Part shown: positions 11,726 through 21,425 of the stretch, one piece after another
Layout: the number at the start of each line of letters is the position of its first letter
How positions within the stretch are numbered: position 1 is the first letter of the stretch
Assembly (NCBI GenBank): GCA_963805855.1
Contig: CAWDVW010000005.1
Span: forward strand, 320,001-384,000
Reading direction: 5' to 3'
Source: Candidatus Dadabacteria bacterium
Lineage (GTDB): Bacteria; Desulfobacterota_D; UBA1144; Nemesobacterales; CSP1-2
Length of the DNA stretch: 64,000 bases
Made by a program: the position numbers and the translations under genes
Notes under the pieces: generated by a model
Databases searched by the model: none
What the model saw: only the letters and a program-made list of their open reading frames with translations
Told to the model about the DNA's origin: nothing

Positions 11726-11855
11726 TTAGTTCCTATTACCACTTTTCATCCCAGGTAAGAGTATCCCTTGTTCACTCCATTTTAAGCATTTAATATTAAT
11801 GCATAACCTTTCGGGAATCTGCAGGGCATCAGTTGTTAAGCAATCACTCTCACAT

Positions 11856-12065
11856 GTCATTGCGATGAGCAAAGTGTCGGAGCGATCCAAAACGGGAAAA
11901 AGACGAGGACAGTTTTTTAGATTTTAAATGGGCATTCAAAAAATTGCCAAAATCAATTCCGGAAGCGTTAAAAAAAGTGACAATCATTACTGTCATCTCG
12001 AAGGAGCATAGTGACTGAGAGAACTAATTAATTATAGCAATAGATATCTCGCATTGCTCGATACG
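11856..12065. repeat. Cluster of REP-like palindromic elements (GTCATTGCGA.../GTCATCTCGAA...AGATATCTCG)
   Basis: GTCATTGCGA..GCGATCC and TGTCATCTCGAA..GAGAGAACT...AGATATCTCGC..CTCGATACG. Similar units recur at 12925, 13340, 26587, 34260 and 49136. Confidence 0.6.
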
Positions 12066-12252
12066 CAAGCGTTTTTTGTAAGCCCTTGATTTTTGTTTCT
12101 TTGTATCAAGACAAAGAAAAAAGAAATTAAAGTATCGGTCCACGATAGAAACATTCGACGATGACGGATAGCAAATTATCGCGAAATTTATTAGTTTTTG
12201 GATCTTGTCCAAGAACTATTTAACATCTACAGTGATGAAACCATAAATAGAG

Positions 12253-12927
12253 ATGAATAAGAAAGCCGTAGTCATTGCATCCGGCGGGATAGACAGTTCA
12301 ACCCTACTTTTTAAAACGGTTACCGAAAACTATGAAACGTATGCGCTCACGTTTATTTATGGACAGAAACACAAAAGGGAAATCGAATCGGCAAAATGGA
12401 TATGCGAGCGCCTAAAAGTTTCCCACAAGATCTTAGATCTATCAGTGCTGAAGGAGATTCTTACAGGCTCTGCGCTAACAGATTCAAGTATTGCAATTCC
12501 AGAGGTTCCCGCGGATGTGTCATTTTATGACACCCTAAAGGCTACTATCGTTCCCAATAGAAATTCGATTTTCCTATCCATAGCAATCGGATACGCAGTA
12601 AGTACCGGTGCTAACCGTGTATTATTTGGAGCGCACTATTCTGACAGGGGCATTTATCCGGATTGCAGGCCTGAATTCGTCGAGGCGTTTGAGTCCGCAG
12701 AAAGGCTTGCCACCGACAATCCAGATTTAACAGTTAATGCCCCTTTTGCACACATGGACAAATCCGACATCGTTAAGCTCGGGTCCGAACTCGGCGTTCC
12801 TTATCAAAAAACATGGTCCTGCTACAAAGGCGACGAGTTGCAATGCGGGGTCTGTAGCTCGTGCAGGGAGAGAAAGAGGGCCTTCACTCAATCGGGGGTC
12901 TCAGACCCCACCAGTTATGAAAGGTGA
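12253..12927 (+). CDS. queC: 7-cyano-7-deazaguanine synthase
   Basis: SGGIDS, YGQKH, VPNRN, YPDCR and TWSCY...CGVCSSC. Confidence 0.96.
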   Translation: MNKKAVVIASGGIDSSTLLFKTVTENYETYALTFIYGQKHKREIESAKWICERLKVSHKILDLSVLKEILTGSALTDSSIAIPEVPADVSFYDTLKATIVPNRNSIFLSIAIGYAVSTGANRVLFGAHYSDRGIYPDCRPEFVEAFESAERLATDNPDLTVNAPFAHMDKSDIVKLGSELGVPYQKTWSCYKGDELQCGVCSSCRERKRAFTQSGVSDPTSYER

Positions 12928-13169
12928 TTTCGAACAAAGCAATGTGAGAAATCTCTCTTTCCTTTATCGCTCATGTAGCGGAGGACTTTAGTCCTCCACT
13001 CGTCTTCAAATTGGTATTACAATCCAAAGATCAATGGAGACATTTATCTTTTCATTCTTGGATAAATAAACCGTTTAATAAAATAGCGTTTGGCAACTCC
13101 ACCTTTTTGAATTCTATAGTTACAATGATCAAACAAGCAAAGCCTGACCCCTCACCCTCCTTTCCCGTT

Positions 13170-13580
13170 CTCTCAAATCCGCTCACACTGAGCCTGGTCG
13201 AAGTGTGCCAAGCAATCTCCTGTTAATTCCCCCTACCCTTCATTTCCCTTTCATAATTCGATTCATGTCTCCAGTCCTTCAATATCCCAGCCGATCGCCC
13301 TGAGCCTGCCGAAGGGCGCGAATTAATCTCCTCTTCTATCGTAATCGCGAAGGGCAAAGCCCTGCAGCGATCTCCTGCATATCTTTCAAAGAGTTAATCT
13401 ACTTTGATTAAAAAAAGGAAAAGCACAAAACAGAAGAAGTCCGCGATCAGAAACGCAACAAAGATAATTTAAAAAATAGCTGGCGAGGAAAATAAGGCGA
13501 AGTCGGGATCCCCAGTAGTTTCGTCTTAAATCATGGATCATGCATCGTCCATCCCGCATCCTGCACCATGCATCGTATCA
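13170..13580 (+). repeat. Composite dispersed repeat, longest copy
   Basis: Left part is similar to 16695-16955. Right part (AAGT.GG.A.CCC.AGTAGT..CGT.TTAAATCATGGATC plus ATCCTGC-like heptamers) is similar to 14655-14740 and to 20161-20258 (minus). Confidence 0.75.
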
Positions 13581-13685
13581 CCACTTGTCAATTGTGAACT
13601 TCACCCGTCCGCTTTCAATGAGCTGCGGCACCTCTGCTTAGATCGATACACTTTTTTAAAATTTAGAACAGGCCGCAAAATTTTT

Positions 13686-14423
13686 TCATCTACATCGAAT
13701 GGTCAGATTAAGATGGACTCTTGAAATTCTACCGGCACTTGTGCCTTCGGTCACATTCCATACAGCGGCATAATCACCCACGTAAGGAAAAGAATTAGAC
13801 CCTAATGACACAGGTGACCCCGTGAAAGAAACTGCGTTAACTTGGCCATTTGCGTCTGTATGTTGGATTGTCCAATTATTATCTGACATTGCAGCAGACT
13901 GAGGTTCGGTAATTAAGTTTAAATCTGTAACGATAATATTTTGCGAAGCGTCCATGCTTGGAACGATTATCGACCACGTTGGGGGCGTTTGAGCGCTTAT
14001 GCTTAAGGTTAACGCTCTTGTATCTCCTTGTTGGACTACATTGACTAGGGCAGTGTCACCAGCTTCACAGCTAGTTCCCGATGTCGCCCTTAAATTAAAT
14101 TCCGTCCTACTTGCAGGTGAGACATCTATTTGTCCTTCTGGCGTCAGATTTTCCAGATCTGTCGACACATCTGTGATAATATTTACCGACTCGGCTTCAC
14201 TCGTTGCCCAGGTTAAGATAGCCCTTTCTCCGGGACAGATATCTACACTCTCATTTTCTATGGTTATGATCTCAGGGTTTGTACTTACACCAAGTGCAGC
14301 GGTCGTATTGCATATAGGTGGGCGTGTTCGACCGCACGAACTAAAAATGCCAAAACAAAGTAATAGGATAAAGATGACATTTAGTTTAAGACTAGCCTTA
14401 TGCATTTCTAGTAGATTCCTCAC
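13686..14423 (-). CDS. Hypothetical lipoprotein with Ig-like beta-sandwich segments
   Basis: Hydrophobic N-terminus with lipobox FSSC. ICPGERAILTW..S.A.SV.I Ig-like signature. Confidence 0.75.
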   Translation of the reverse strand: MRNLLEMHKASLKLNVIFILLLCFGIFSSCGRTRPPICNTTAALGVSTNPEIITIENESVDICPGERAILTWATSEAESVNIITDVSTDLENLTPEGQIDVSPASRTEFNLRATSGTSCEAGDTALVNVVQQGDTRALTLSISAQTPPTWSIIVPSMDASQNIIVTDLNLITEPQSAAMSDNNWTIQHTDANGQVNAVSFTGSPVSLGSNSFPYVGDYAAVWNVTEGTSAGRISRVHLNLTIRCR

Positions 14424-14654
14424 TTATAAATCCGGGTTTGCGAATCTTTAATAATTCCTTAAGCTTCTTTTCCCTATTTAACGAAGCCTCAAGACATCTG
14501 TTTGTTTTTCATTGTATCAGACTTTTTATCACATTGTCAATAACTTTAGTTGACCCGAAGAAAACGGGACACTCACACTTAGTTCTCAGGGATGATCCCT
14601 CTCTTATTGCGCAGGACAACTAGCTAAAAAAAAGTGCTGCGTCACCCTTTCATT

Positions 14655-14740
14655 AGCAAGGGAAGAATAAGGTAAAGTTGCGACCCTAGTAGTACCGTTT
14701 TAAATCATGGATCCTGCTTCTTGCATCCTGTATCCTATCG
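14655..14740 (+). repeat. Dispersed repeat copy (right-hand module)
   Basis: AAGGTAAAGTTGCGACCCTAGTAGTACCGTTTTAAATCATGGATCCTGC aligns to 13494-13545. Confidence 0.75.
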
Positions 14741-14892
14741 CTATTTATAAATTCACAAAAGGTGACAAAATTAGTGAGCTCGAAATTCTGTCCCTATTCT
14801 GTATATCCCAGATAATTACACTTGCTTCACAAAGTTCATCATAAGTCGTATAATGAAGGAAGTTTCGATTATTAAGATTGTTGAGGTGTGGA

Positions 14893-16584
14893 ATGATCTT
14901 CCGTTGGTTCGTCAAGCCGAATTTAATCCCATTCATTTGGTTTACACTAATTCTTCCTCTAATCTTTGTTGGATCAAGCTGTTTGGTAATGGCGGACGAA
15001 TGGATCCAGGTTGCGTCCGGCGGTCTAGGTTCATCGGAAGAGGGACAACCAGATGCAATGGAAATCTTTGGAAATCATGTATACGTTGCAACTCACATCA
15101 ATTTAGCTACTGGCGAACAGCAACCAAAGATTTACCGCGCCACACTTGAAGACGACGACGTATGGAGAGAGTTCTCTCCCCCGTGGGGAATCATTAACGC
15201 CGAAGTTTCAGATATGCTCGTATTCCAGGATCAGCTTTTCGTTAGCAACTACGCAGGGCAAATATGGAGACTCGGAGGCGATGGGGTGTGGAGGAACGTA
15301 ACACCCGATTGGCCTGGAAGCAGAATGGTTCATTCGATGGCCCCCATGCTTCCGATGGCCGGTGGCCATAGGATCTGCGCGGTACGTGCAGGAATCGAAA
15401 TTTGGTGTGGTCCTCCCAGCTCCGAGGGTACTGGTTGGGAACGAATATCCGTTCCTCCTGGATTTGGCAGCGACCCCAGCATCCAAAGCGCCATGTTACG
15501 CAGATTTGGCCGTGATTTATATCTTGGAGTTGGTGGCGGAAGTGCGGGAAGTCGGATGTGTGAACTATGGAAATTGGATACCCCATCAAGATTTACAACG
15601 TCAGTGGTTTGGGGATCTGTTACCACAGACTGCTTTGGATTTGGCCATGACCTGACGTGGATTACTGCCATGGCCGAGTTTAGCTCTATGCTTTACATCG
15701 GCACTGGAGGGCATGGAGCTGATGCTGTGCTCTACAGAACTGACGGCACTGGTCTCGAGGATGTAACGCCTAGTGATCTTTATGATTTTACAAGCCCTTT
15801 CTCGGCACATCCTTTGCGCTACGGCTCCATGGCAACCAATGGCGAATACCTTTTCGTTGGCACTCGTACGACTAGCGGCTCGGCTCAAGGCGCTGATGTG
15901 ATAAGAACGGGGGATGAAGATGCTTGGGTACTTTCCAATGAACCAGGCTTTGGTGTTAGGGGAAATGATGTAGTGACAGCAATGGCCGGTAAGCATGGGC
16001 ACCTCTACGCAGGCGTTTTGAATTTGTCGAATGGACTTGAGGTGTGGAGGTTGATCGGACGGCCCGTAGTGATAGGTCCTATACCAACACCTAGACCGCC
16101 TGGACCTAGACCGGGAATACGTGTACAAGGATGTAAAACGAGATCGATTATTGTGCCAATTCCTTCTCACGTACCACTCTGCCGTTGTATACGGGATGAT
16201 GGTGCTCGCGAGTTGAGATGTGGTTTACTCAATCCCGATTTTTTTCTTATTTTCAGGACACCAATCCCAATTTTACAAGGTAAACCCTTTGAGTTGAGCT
16301 GGACTCTGATACCGCTAACCAAAATTCCTGGCGATGTGTATGTTAATACCACTTTACCCGAAAACTTTAAATCAATGGACAGGAAGACAACTGTAGTGAA
16401 GTTTCCCTCTGATATCGATGTTGATAAACCATCTAAATTAAATTTGCCATTTATAGCTCCTGACAAGCAAGCGCTTTACCCATTGATGGGCAGAGTGATG
16501 ATAGCAGATAAAAAGGGAAACAAAATATTAGATGAGACCATCGAGCTTGAGATTTCAGTGGGTAAAGAGGATTATACTAAGTAA
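14893..16584 (+). CDS. Secreted beta-propeller-like protein with Pro-rich linker and C-terminal domain
   Basis: Signal peptide ending VMA, repeated M..F...LYVG..G blades, and a PIPTPRPPGPRPG linker. SD GAGGTG precedes ATG 14893. Confidence 0.75.
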   Translation: MIFRWFVKPNLIPFIWFTLILPLIFVGSSCLVMADEWIQVASGGLGSSEEGQPDAMEIFGNHVYVATHINLATGEQQPKIYRATLEDDDVWREFSPPWGIINAEVSDMLVFQDQLFVSNYAGQIWRLGGDGVWRNVTPDWPGSRMVHSMAPMLPMAGGHRICAVRAGIEIWCGPPSSEGTGWERISVPPGFGSDPSIQSAMLRRFGRDLYLGVGGGSAGSRMCELWKLDTPSRFTTSVVWGSVTTDCFGFGHDLTWITAMAEFSSMLYIGTGGHGADAVLYRTDGTGLEDVTPSDLYDFTSPFSAHPLRYGSMATNGEYLFVGTRTTSGSAQGADVIRTGDEDAWVLSNEPGFGVRGNDVVTAMAGKHGHLYAGVLNLSNGLEVWRLIGRPVVIGPIPTPRPPGPRPGIRVQGCKTRSIIVPIPSHVPLCRCIRDDGARELRCGLLNPDFFLIFRTPIPILQGKPFELSWTLIPLTKIPGDVYVNTTLPENFKSMDRKTTVVKFPSDIDVDKPSKLNLPFIAPDKQALYPLMGRVMIADKKGNKILDETIELEISVGKEDYTK

Positions 16585-16616
16585 ATTCGTACTATGATGG
16601 AGCCAAGTAGAATATT

Positions 16617-16640
16617 AAATAGGGACATTTGTCCCTATTT
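16617..16640. repeat. Perfect palindrome AAATAGGGACA-TT-TGTCCCTATTT (junction-motif family)
   Basis: Seen directly. Relatives at 14783, 20288, 21073, 22293, 24062 and 37807. Confidence 0.8.
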
Positions 16641-16694
16641 TCGGTCGCTTGTAAGATGCCGGCGTGAAGTAAACGGGTTACGTCCCCTTTAAGT

Positions 16695-16955
16695 CTCAGC
16701 CATTCAATTGAGCTTGGTCGAAGTGTGTGAAGCAATCTCCTCATTTAGCATCATCGTACTTCGACCTGCGTGTCCTGAGTATAATCGAAGTGCTCAGTAT
16801 AGACCCCACTGCGGCGATCTCCTGCCCATCTCTCAGAGAATTAATCTACTTAATCGACAAGAAAGGAAGAGGACAAGAAAGACGGAGTTGGTAATTGGGA
16901 AATAAATGAAGACAATTGCAAAAATAGCGGGGAGGAAGAGCAGTATAGGCGGGAA
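16695..16955 (+). repeat. Dispersed repeat copy (left-hand module)
   Basis: TGAGCTTGGTCGAAGTGTGTGAAGCAATCTCC and CTGCGGCGATCTCCTGC...TTAATCTACTT...AAAAATAGC align to 13189-13221 and 13362-13490. Confidence 0.7.
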
Positions 16956-17155
16956 TGAAAGAGATATTAAATTTATATATAGTTATTTTGATTATGAAAT
17001 AATTCCGTATAATCTTTAGTTAGGACAAAATTATTTTAGCATTCTTATTTTCAAGAGAGTGGAAAACGATGACTTTCGAAATCCTCAGGCTCCTTGACGC
17101 TTATGATTTTGACAATTTATTGATATGCAAGAGCCATCTATGACGCATAGTTAAT

Positions 17156-19135
17156 ATGGGCGAACTTAGATACAACCGATTTACTAACAACAGACAAATA
17201 CTCTTGGGAGTATTGGTATTCGGACTGATACTGCAAGTCATCGCTGCATCAACGACTGAGGCTGCTACTCGAATAGTTTCAAAAGCAAAAAATGCAAAAG
17301 ACGTTGGCAGCTGCACGCAACTACCCTGTGCCACGATTAAGTATGCAATAAGCAAAGCTGTAAGTGGTGATACCATAAGTGTATTTCCGGGCACCTATAC
17401 CGAAGCCAACATCGCGATTACAACAAACCTGACTATCAGGGGTGCTGGTGCGTCCAAGACCATAGTTCAGGGAGCCGCGATTCCGGGCAAGGCCACTGAC
17501 CGCGTATTTTCTGTATGCGTGAATAAAAAAGGGGTTGTTAAGGTCAATTTCGAAAAGATGACCATCCGCCACGGGAAGAGTAAATACGGCGGTGGCATCT
17601 GTATTGGGGCTACAAATGAAGCTACTATCGATGAATGTGTGATTACAAATAACTCTGTTACAAGTGATGGTCTCGGTATAAATGCTGGCCTTGGTGGTGG
17701 CATTTTTATGAATAATGATTCTTCACTTATACTCAAAAATAGTACAATCTCTAAAAACACAGCGACTTCTCAGGGCGGTGGTATTCTCAGCTGGTGTTTT
17801 ACAACTTTGAAAGTGAGCAACAGCACTATCACCGAAAATTCTGCCAATCATGGCGGTGGGATCGATATCGGTGCCCCTTCCACCTTAATTATAGACGACA
17901 GTACAATCTCCAAGAACCTCGCCAAATTCAGTGGTGGCGGCATAAATAATGCAGACAAAGCGACAATCAGCAACAGCAAGATCTCAGACAATGGTGCTAA
18001 TAATAGGGGTGGCGGCATAAGAAATGACGGCACAATGACGATTATCAACAGCACTATATCCGCTAACGGGTCACCTGGAGAAGGCGGAGGTATCGTGAAC
18101 TTTGGCACACTTGCGATAGATAGAAGCACGATCTCCAATAACGGAGCCCACTTTGGTGGAGGCATAAGACATTCTGGGAAAAAACCCCTGGTGATAAGCA
18201 ACAGTACAATATCAAAAAACACTGCCAATTACGGTGGCGGCATAAGTAGCGATGGAACACTGACAATCAGTAACAGCACGCTCTCCGGGAACTCAAACAT
18301 CGGCATATTAAACTCAGGCAATGTGAATATCAAGAGTTCAATAGTCGCCAATACAGGTTTCTACGTTACGGCGCCCAAGGATTGCTCGAACTATGACAGC
18401 AAAAGCATTATTAAAGCTTCGGGCGCTAATTTGAATACAGATATGAGTTGCCCCGGTTTTACTCACGTCAAGTCAGCACAGCTCAATCTGGGACCCCTGA
18501 AGCTTAACTTGCCAGGCACGACAGATACTCACGCCTTGCCTAAAAATAGCGCGGCTGTTAATGCAGCCACAGACTGCAAGGATTTTAATGGCAATATAGT
18601 CTTGACTGACCAGCGAGGCATAAAACGCCCGCAACCCTCTCAAGGGAAGTGTGACGTTGGGGCGTACGAGCTGAATGGGCTTATTACTACTTCCGGCGAT
18701 ATAAATTTCGATGGAAAAACAAACGTCATTGACGCGCGCATAGCGCAGTTGGCTGCCGATGGCTCCATAGAATTAGTGGGCGAGTATCATAAGTCAGCGG
18801 ACTGGGATAAAAACGGCTATTTGGACACCGCTGACGCGACGGCGATTGCCATGACAAGTATTGGACTTAAGAAGGCGGGGCCCTTCACTTTGACTGTTAA
18901 GAAGGCTGGGTCAGGGGGAGGGCAGGTTACCAGCACCCCGACAGGAATCAACTGCGGGAACGATTGCTCGTACAGCTTTAAAAGTGCAGTGGTGGTTTTG
19001 ATAGCCACCCCAGATAAGCTTTCTTCTCAGACCAAGTGGGAGGGATGTGACTCGGTAACAGACGAAGAGTGTATTGTATGGATGAATAGCGATCGTGAGG
19101 TGAAAGCCACTTTTAATTTGAGGGTGGAGCGTTAG
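17156..19135 (+). CDS. Secreted right-handed beta-helix / choice-of-anchor-Q protein with type I dockerin and InlB-B-like repeat
   Basis: Signal peptide, many GGGI..N.TIS.N repeats, LGPL...THAL...DQRG...CDVGAYE, a duplicated Ca-loop GDINFDGKTNVIDA / ADWDKNGYLDTADA, and C-terminal TLTV.K.GSG.G.VTS.P.GINCG..C. Confidence 0.85.
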   Translation: MGELRYNRFTNNRQILLGVLVFGLILQVIAASTTEAATRIVSKAKNAKDVGSCTQLPCATIKYAISKAVSGDTISVFPGTYTEANIAITTNLTIRGAGASKTIVQGAAIPGKATDRVFSVCVNKKGVVKVNFEKMTIRHGKSKYGGGICIGATNEATIDECVITNNSVTSDGLGINAGLGGGIFMNNDSSLILKNSTISKNTATSQGGGILSWCFTTLKVSNSTITENSANHGGGIDIGAPSTLIIDDSTISKNLAKFSGGGINNADKATISNSKISDNGANNRGGGIRNDGTMTIINSTISANGSPGEGGGIVNFGTLAIDRSTISNNGAHFGGGIRHSGKKPLVISNSTISKNTANYGGGISSDGTLTISNSTLSGNSNIGILNSGNVNIKSSIVANTGFYVTAPKDCSNYDSKSIIKASGANLNTDMSCPGFTHVKSAQLNLGPLKLNLPGTTDTHALPKNSAAVNAATDCKDFNGNIVLTDQRGIKRPQPSQGKCDVGAYELNGLITTSGDINFDGKTNVIDARIAQLAADGSIELVGEYHKSADWDKNGYLDTADATAIAMTSIGLKKAGPFTLTVKKAGSGGGQVTSTPTGINCGNDCSYSFKSAVVVLIATPDKLSSQTKWEGCDSVTDEECIVWMNSDREVKATFNLRVER

Positions 19136-19152
19136 CAGCCTCGAAACCCGAT

Positions 19153-19764
19153 ATGAGTTTGAGAGTTAGAAGCATGGAAAAGCTAATCTTATACCTAGGC
19201 AGTTTGCGATTCTCTTTGAGTATTGCATCGCAGCCTCTCGCGAAATTTAGGCTTAAGAAACAGTTCGTAGCTTTGTTGCTATTAAGCGGAATAATCCCCT
19301 GTGTTCTAACGTCCTGCGCGACATCTAAGTTGTCACCTTCACCTTCGGAGCCTTCAATATTCATTGAATCAACCTCTTTGCTCAGCGGTGCAAGCGGAGC
19401 TTTATCTGTCAATGTGCAAGATGTTACAGAAGGTGGGGGAGTAGCCGCAATCCAGGGAAGTATCACGTACGACCCAAGCTTGATACAAATTCAGGAGCTG
19501 TCTGGATTAAACGCGTTTATTGTGATGGCGGAGGATATTAATAACGATAAAGGGGAGGTTCGCTTTGCAGCTGTCAGGGTTGGTAACGAGGGCGTAAGTA
19601 ATGGGCCCATAGCGAATATTCTTGTTAAGGCAACTGGGTCGCCGGGCGATGAGGCACAGCTGACTTGGGAAGGTAATGCTGAAACGCCTATTGTTATAGG
19701 CGGGAACAATAACCACGAACTCACTCTGATAAGTCTTAGTGGTGGACGAGTCAAGATCCGGTGA
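19153..19764 (+). CDS. Cohesin-domain lipoprotein
   Basis: Lipobox LTSC after a hydrophobic stretch (true start may be downstream, e.g. 19174). V.V.DV...GVAAIQGSITYDPSLIQ...INNDKGEVRFAA...G.IA.I matches the cohesin pattern. Confidence 0.75.
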   Translation: MSLRVRSMEKLILYLGSLRFSLSIASQPLAKFRLKKQFVALLLLSGIIPCVLTSCATSKLSPSPSEPSIFIESTSLLSGASGALSVNVQDVTEGGGVAAIQGSITYDPSLIQIQELSGLNAFIVMAEDINNDKGEVRFAAVRVGNEGVSNGPIANILVKATGSPGDEAQLTWEGNAETPIVIGGNNNHELTLISLSGGRVKIR

Positions 19765-20160
19765 TTTAGAATCTGTCTTCAGTAAAGAAGCATTTCGACT
19801 AATGATCTAATTAAACTTGATTAATTGGTGCCTTGATTATCTTCTTCTATTTAGCAGCTTCTTAATCTCTCGCCATTTATGCAGGCATCTTGATCCCACT
19901 TAACACTTATCTCATAAGGCTTGCCCTTCACACTTTATTTAATATTAATAGCTTAACTCTATTTTTCTGCGGATGTTCTATTTTTCTGTAAATCTTTTGT
20001 CTTTCCATTCTATTAGGAAATTAAAGGTGAAGCTTCCCTTTAATGTTAGGAATAGTTATTACCGGTCGTTGCTCCTTTCTCGATCATACTTTAAAATCTC
20101 AAATTGAGTAAGGCTCTAATCAATTTCTGTTATGTTTATCGCAATACCGCCAACGGCGTT

Positions 20161-20258
20161 AGGATGCAGGATACATGATCCATGATTTAAAACGATACTA
20201 CTAGGGATACCAACTTTACTCTAGTTTTCTTCTTGCCGGCTATTTTTAAATTGTATTT
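20161..20258 (-). repeat. Dispersed repeat copy (inverted)
   Basis: Reverse complement AATTTAAAAATAGCCGGCAAG...AAAGTTGGTATCCCTAGTAGTATCGTTTTAAATCATGGATCATG aligns to 13466-13545. Confidence 0.78.
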
Positions 20259-20340
20259 ATTACTTGCCACGCCATGAAAGTAAACTGGTGACAGATGTCA
20301 CTAATTTTTCAGCAACAGCTAAGTGTCGGGCCAGTCTGCA

Positions 20341-20955
20341 TTATGCGCGGCGTAGGCGGTAAATGCGAGGGTTTACGTTCCGCAGTGGCCGGGGTAGACC
20401 AGTAGCATCGAAAGGCTCCTCGTCGGTCACTTTCCAGCCTGCAAACGCCTCCTGTACCTCCCGGGGGCTTGCACCACGCGGAAGCGGGCCTCTGCGGCCC
20501 GGCGCCCAAGCTAGCATGAGAATTGTCGCGTCATCGGTGGCCAGCGCGCTGACCCCCCGACCAACCGCTTGCCGCTGCGCCTGGGTCAGGCCGTGCACAG
20601 TTCCGAAATCCCAAACGAGCCGAAAGCCTGAACCGACGCCGGCGTCTCGAAGCGCCGTCACGTCTCCTCGAACGATCTGAACCTTTACCCCCAGCCCGCT
20701 CGCTCGCGCACGGGCGGCGCACACAGCTTTACGGGCCAGATCCACGCCGGTAACATACCACCCACGCTGCGCCAGAGTTATCGACCAGTGTCCTCTGCCG
20801 CAGCCAAGATCGAGAGCACGGCCGTACGGAGGCTGGCGCCCGCGCTCTTCGCGTTCGAATAGGGCAGTGATATGCCGAACCGCGGGAGAATGTGTGGCGG
20901 CATGTTCCCACGGGGCAAACCCCAGCCAATAGGCTACTGTATAGAACAGGTTCAT
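20341..20955 (-). CDS. Class I SAM-dependent methyltransferase
   Basis: ALDLGCGRG, VTGVD and GDVT motifs. Visibly GC-richer than its flanks. Confidence 0.9.
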   Translation of the reverse strand: MNLFYTVAYWLGFAPWEHAATHSPAVRHITALFEREERGRQPPYGRALDLGCGRGHWSITLAQRGWYVTGVDLARKAVCAARARASGLGVKVQIVRGDVTALRDAGVGSGFRLVWDFGTVHGLTQAQRQAVGRGVSALATDDATILMLAWAPGRRGPLPRGASPREVQEAFAGWKVTDEEPFDATGLPRPLRNVNPRIYRLRRA

Positions 20956-21245
20956 TACTCTCCTCTTTGTTTACGGCAGAGCTCGCGTTCACCCCCATAA
21001 TTATTGCCTTGGGGTCGTTTCTTGACCATATATTGATTGAATGTGTTCACCGTGAGTACGAAAAAGATGGAATCTGTCACTATTTTTTTAACCCCGCCCT
21101 ATCACACAAACAAGTAGCTATAAGTTCGAGGAAGTACTGAAGATATTATAATAATTGGGTTCACTCTACAGAAGATTTTTGATAGACATCAACTTCCCTT
21201 CATCATTGAGTTTTTTCTCCATTGATTAAAAGAAAAAATTACCCC

Positions 21246-21375
21246 TTGACAACTTAAGTAAAATACTTTATTATCTCTATTACATATTAAGTGTACGACT
21301 TAACCATGTCATCCTCCATCCTCCTTTAAGAGTGTGGGAACGCTCCCTGACGGGGCAGCGTTCCCACATAAATCA
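21246..21375 (+). ncRNA. Candidate small RNA (promoter, two anti-SD motifs, terminal hairpin)
   Basis: TTGACA-17-TATTAT at 21246-21274, ATCCTCC ATCCTCC at 21311-21324, and a 12-bp perfect stem 21333-21344/21357-21368. No plus-strand gene follows. Confidence 0.45.
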
Positions 21376-21425
21376 TTTCACTATCTCAGTTCTAGCATAG
21401 AGCTAACCACAATTAGTTAATTTGT

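Noticed and set aside
12180-12252. preQ1 riboswitch upstream of queC
   Set aside because: No recognisable preQ1 stem-loop with an A-rich tail.
17640-18300. DNA tandem repeat or DGR target in the beta-helix gene
   Set aside because: Repeats are degenerate protein-level GGGI/N.TIS.N coils. No TR/VR pair and no reverse transcriptase in the window.
13170-20258. CRISPR array from the recurring intergenic repeats
   Set aside because: Copies are kilobases apart, divergent and not separated by constant-length spacers. No cas genes.
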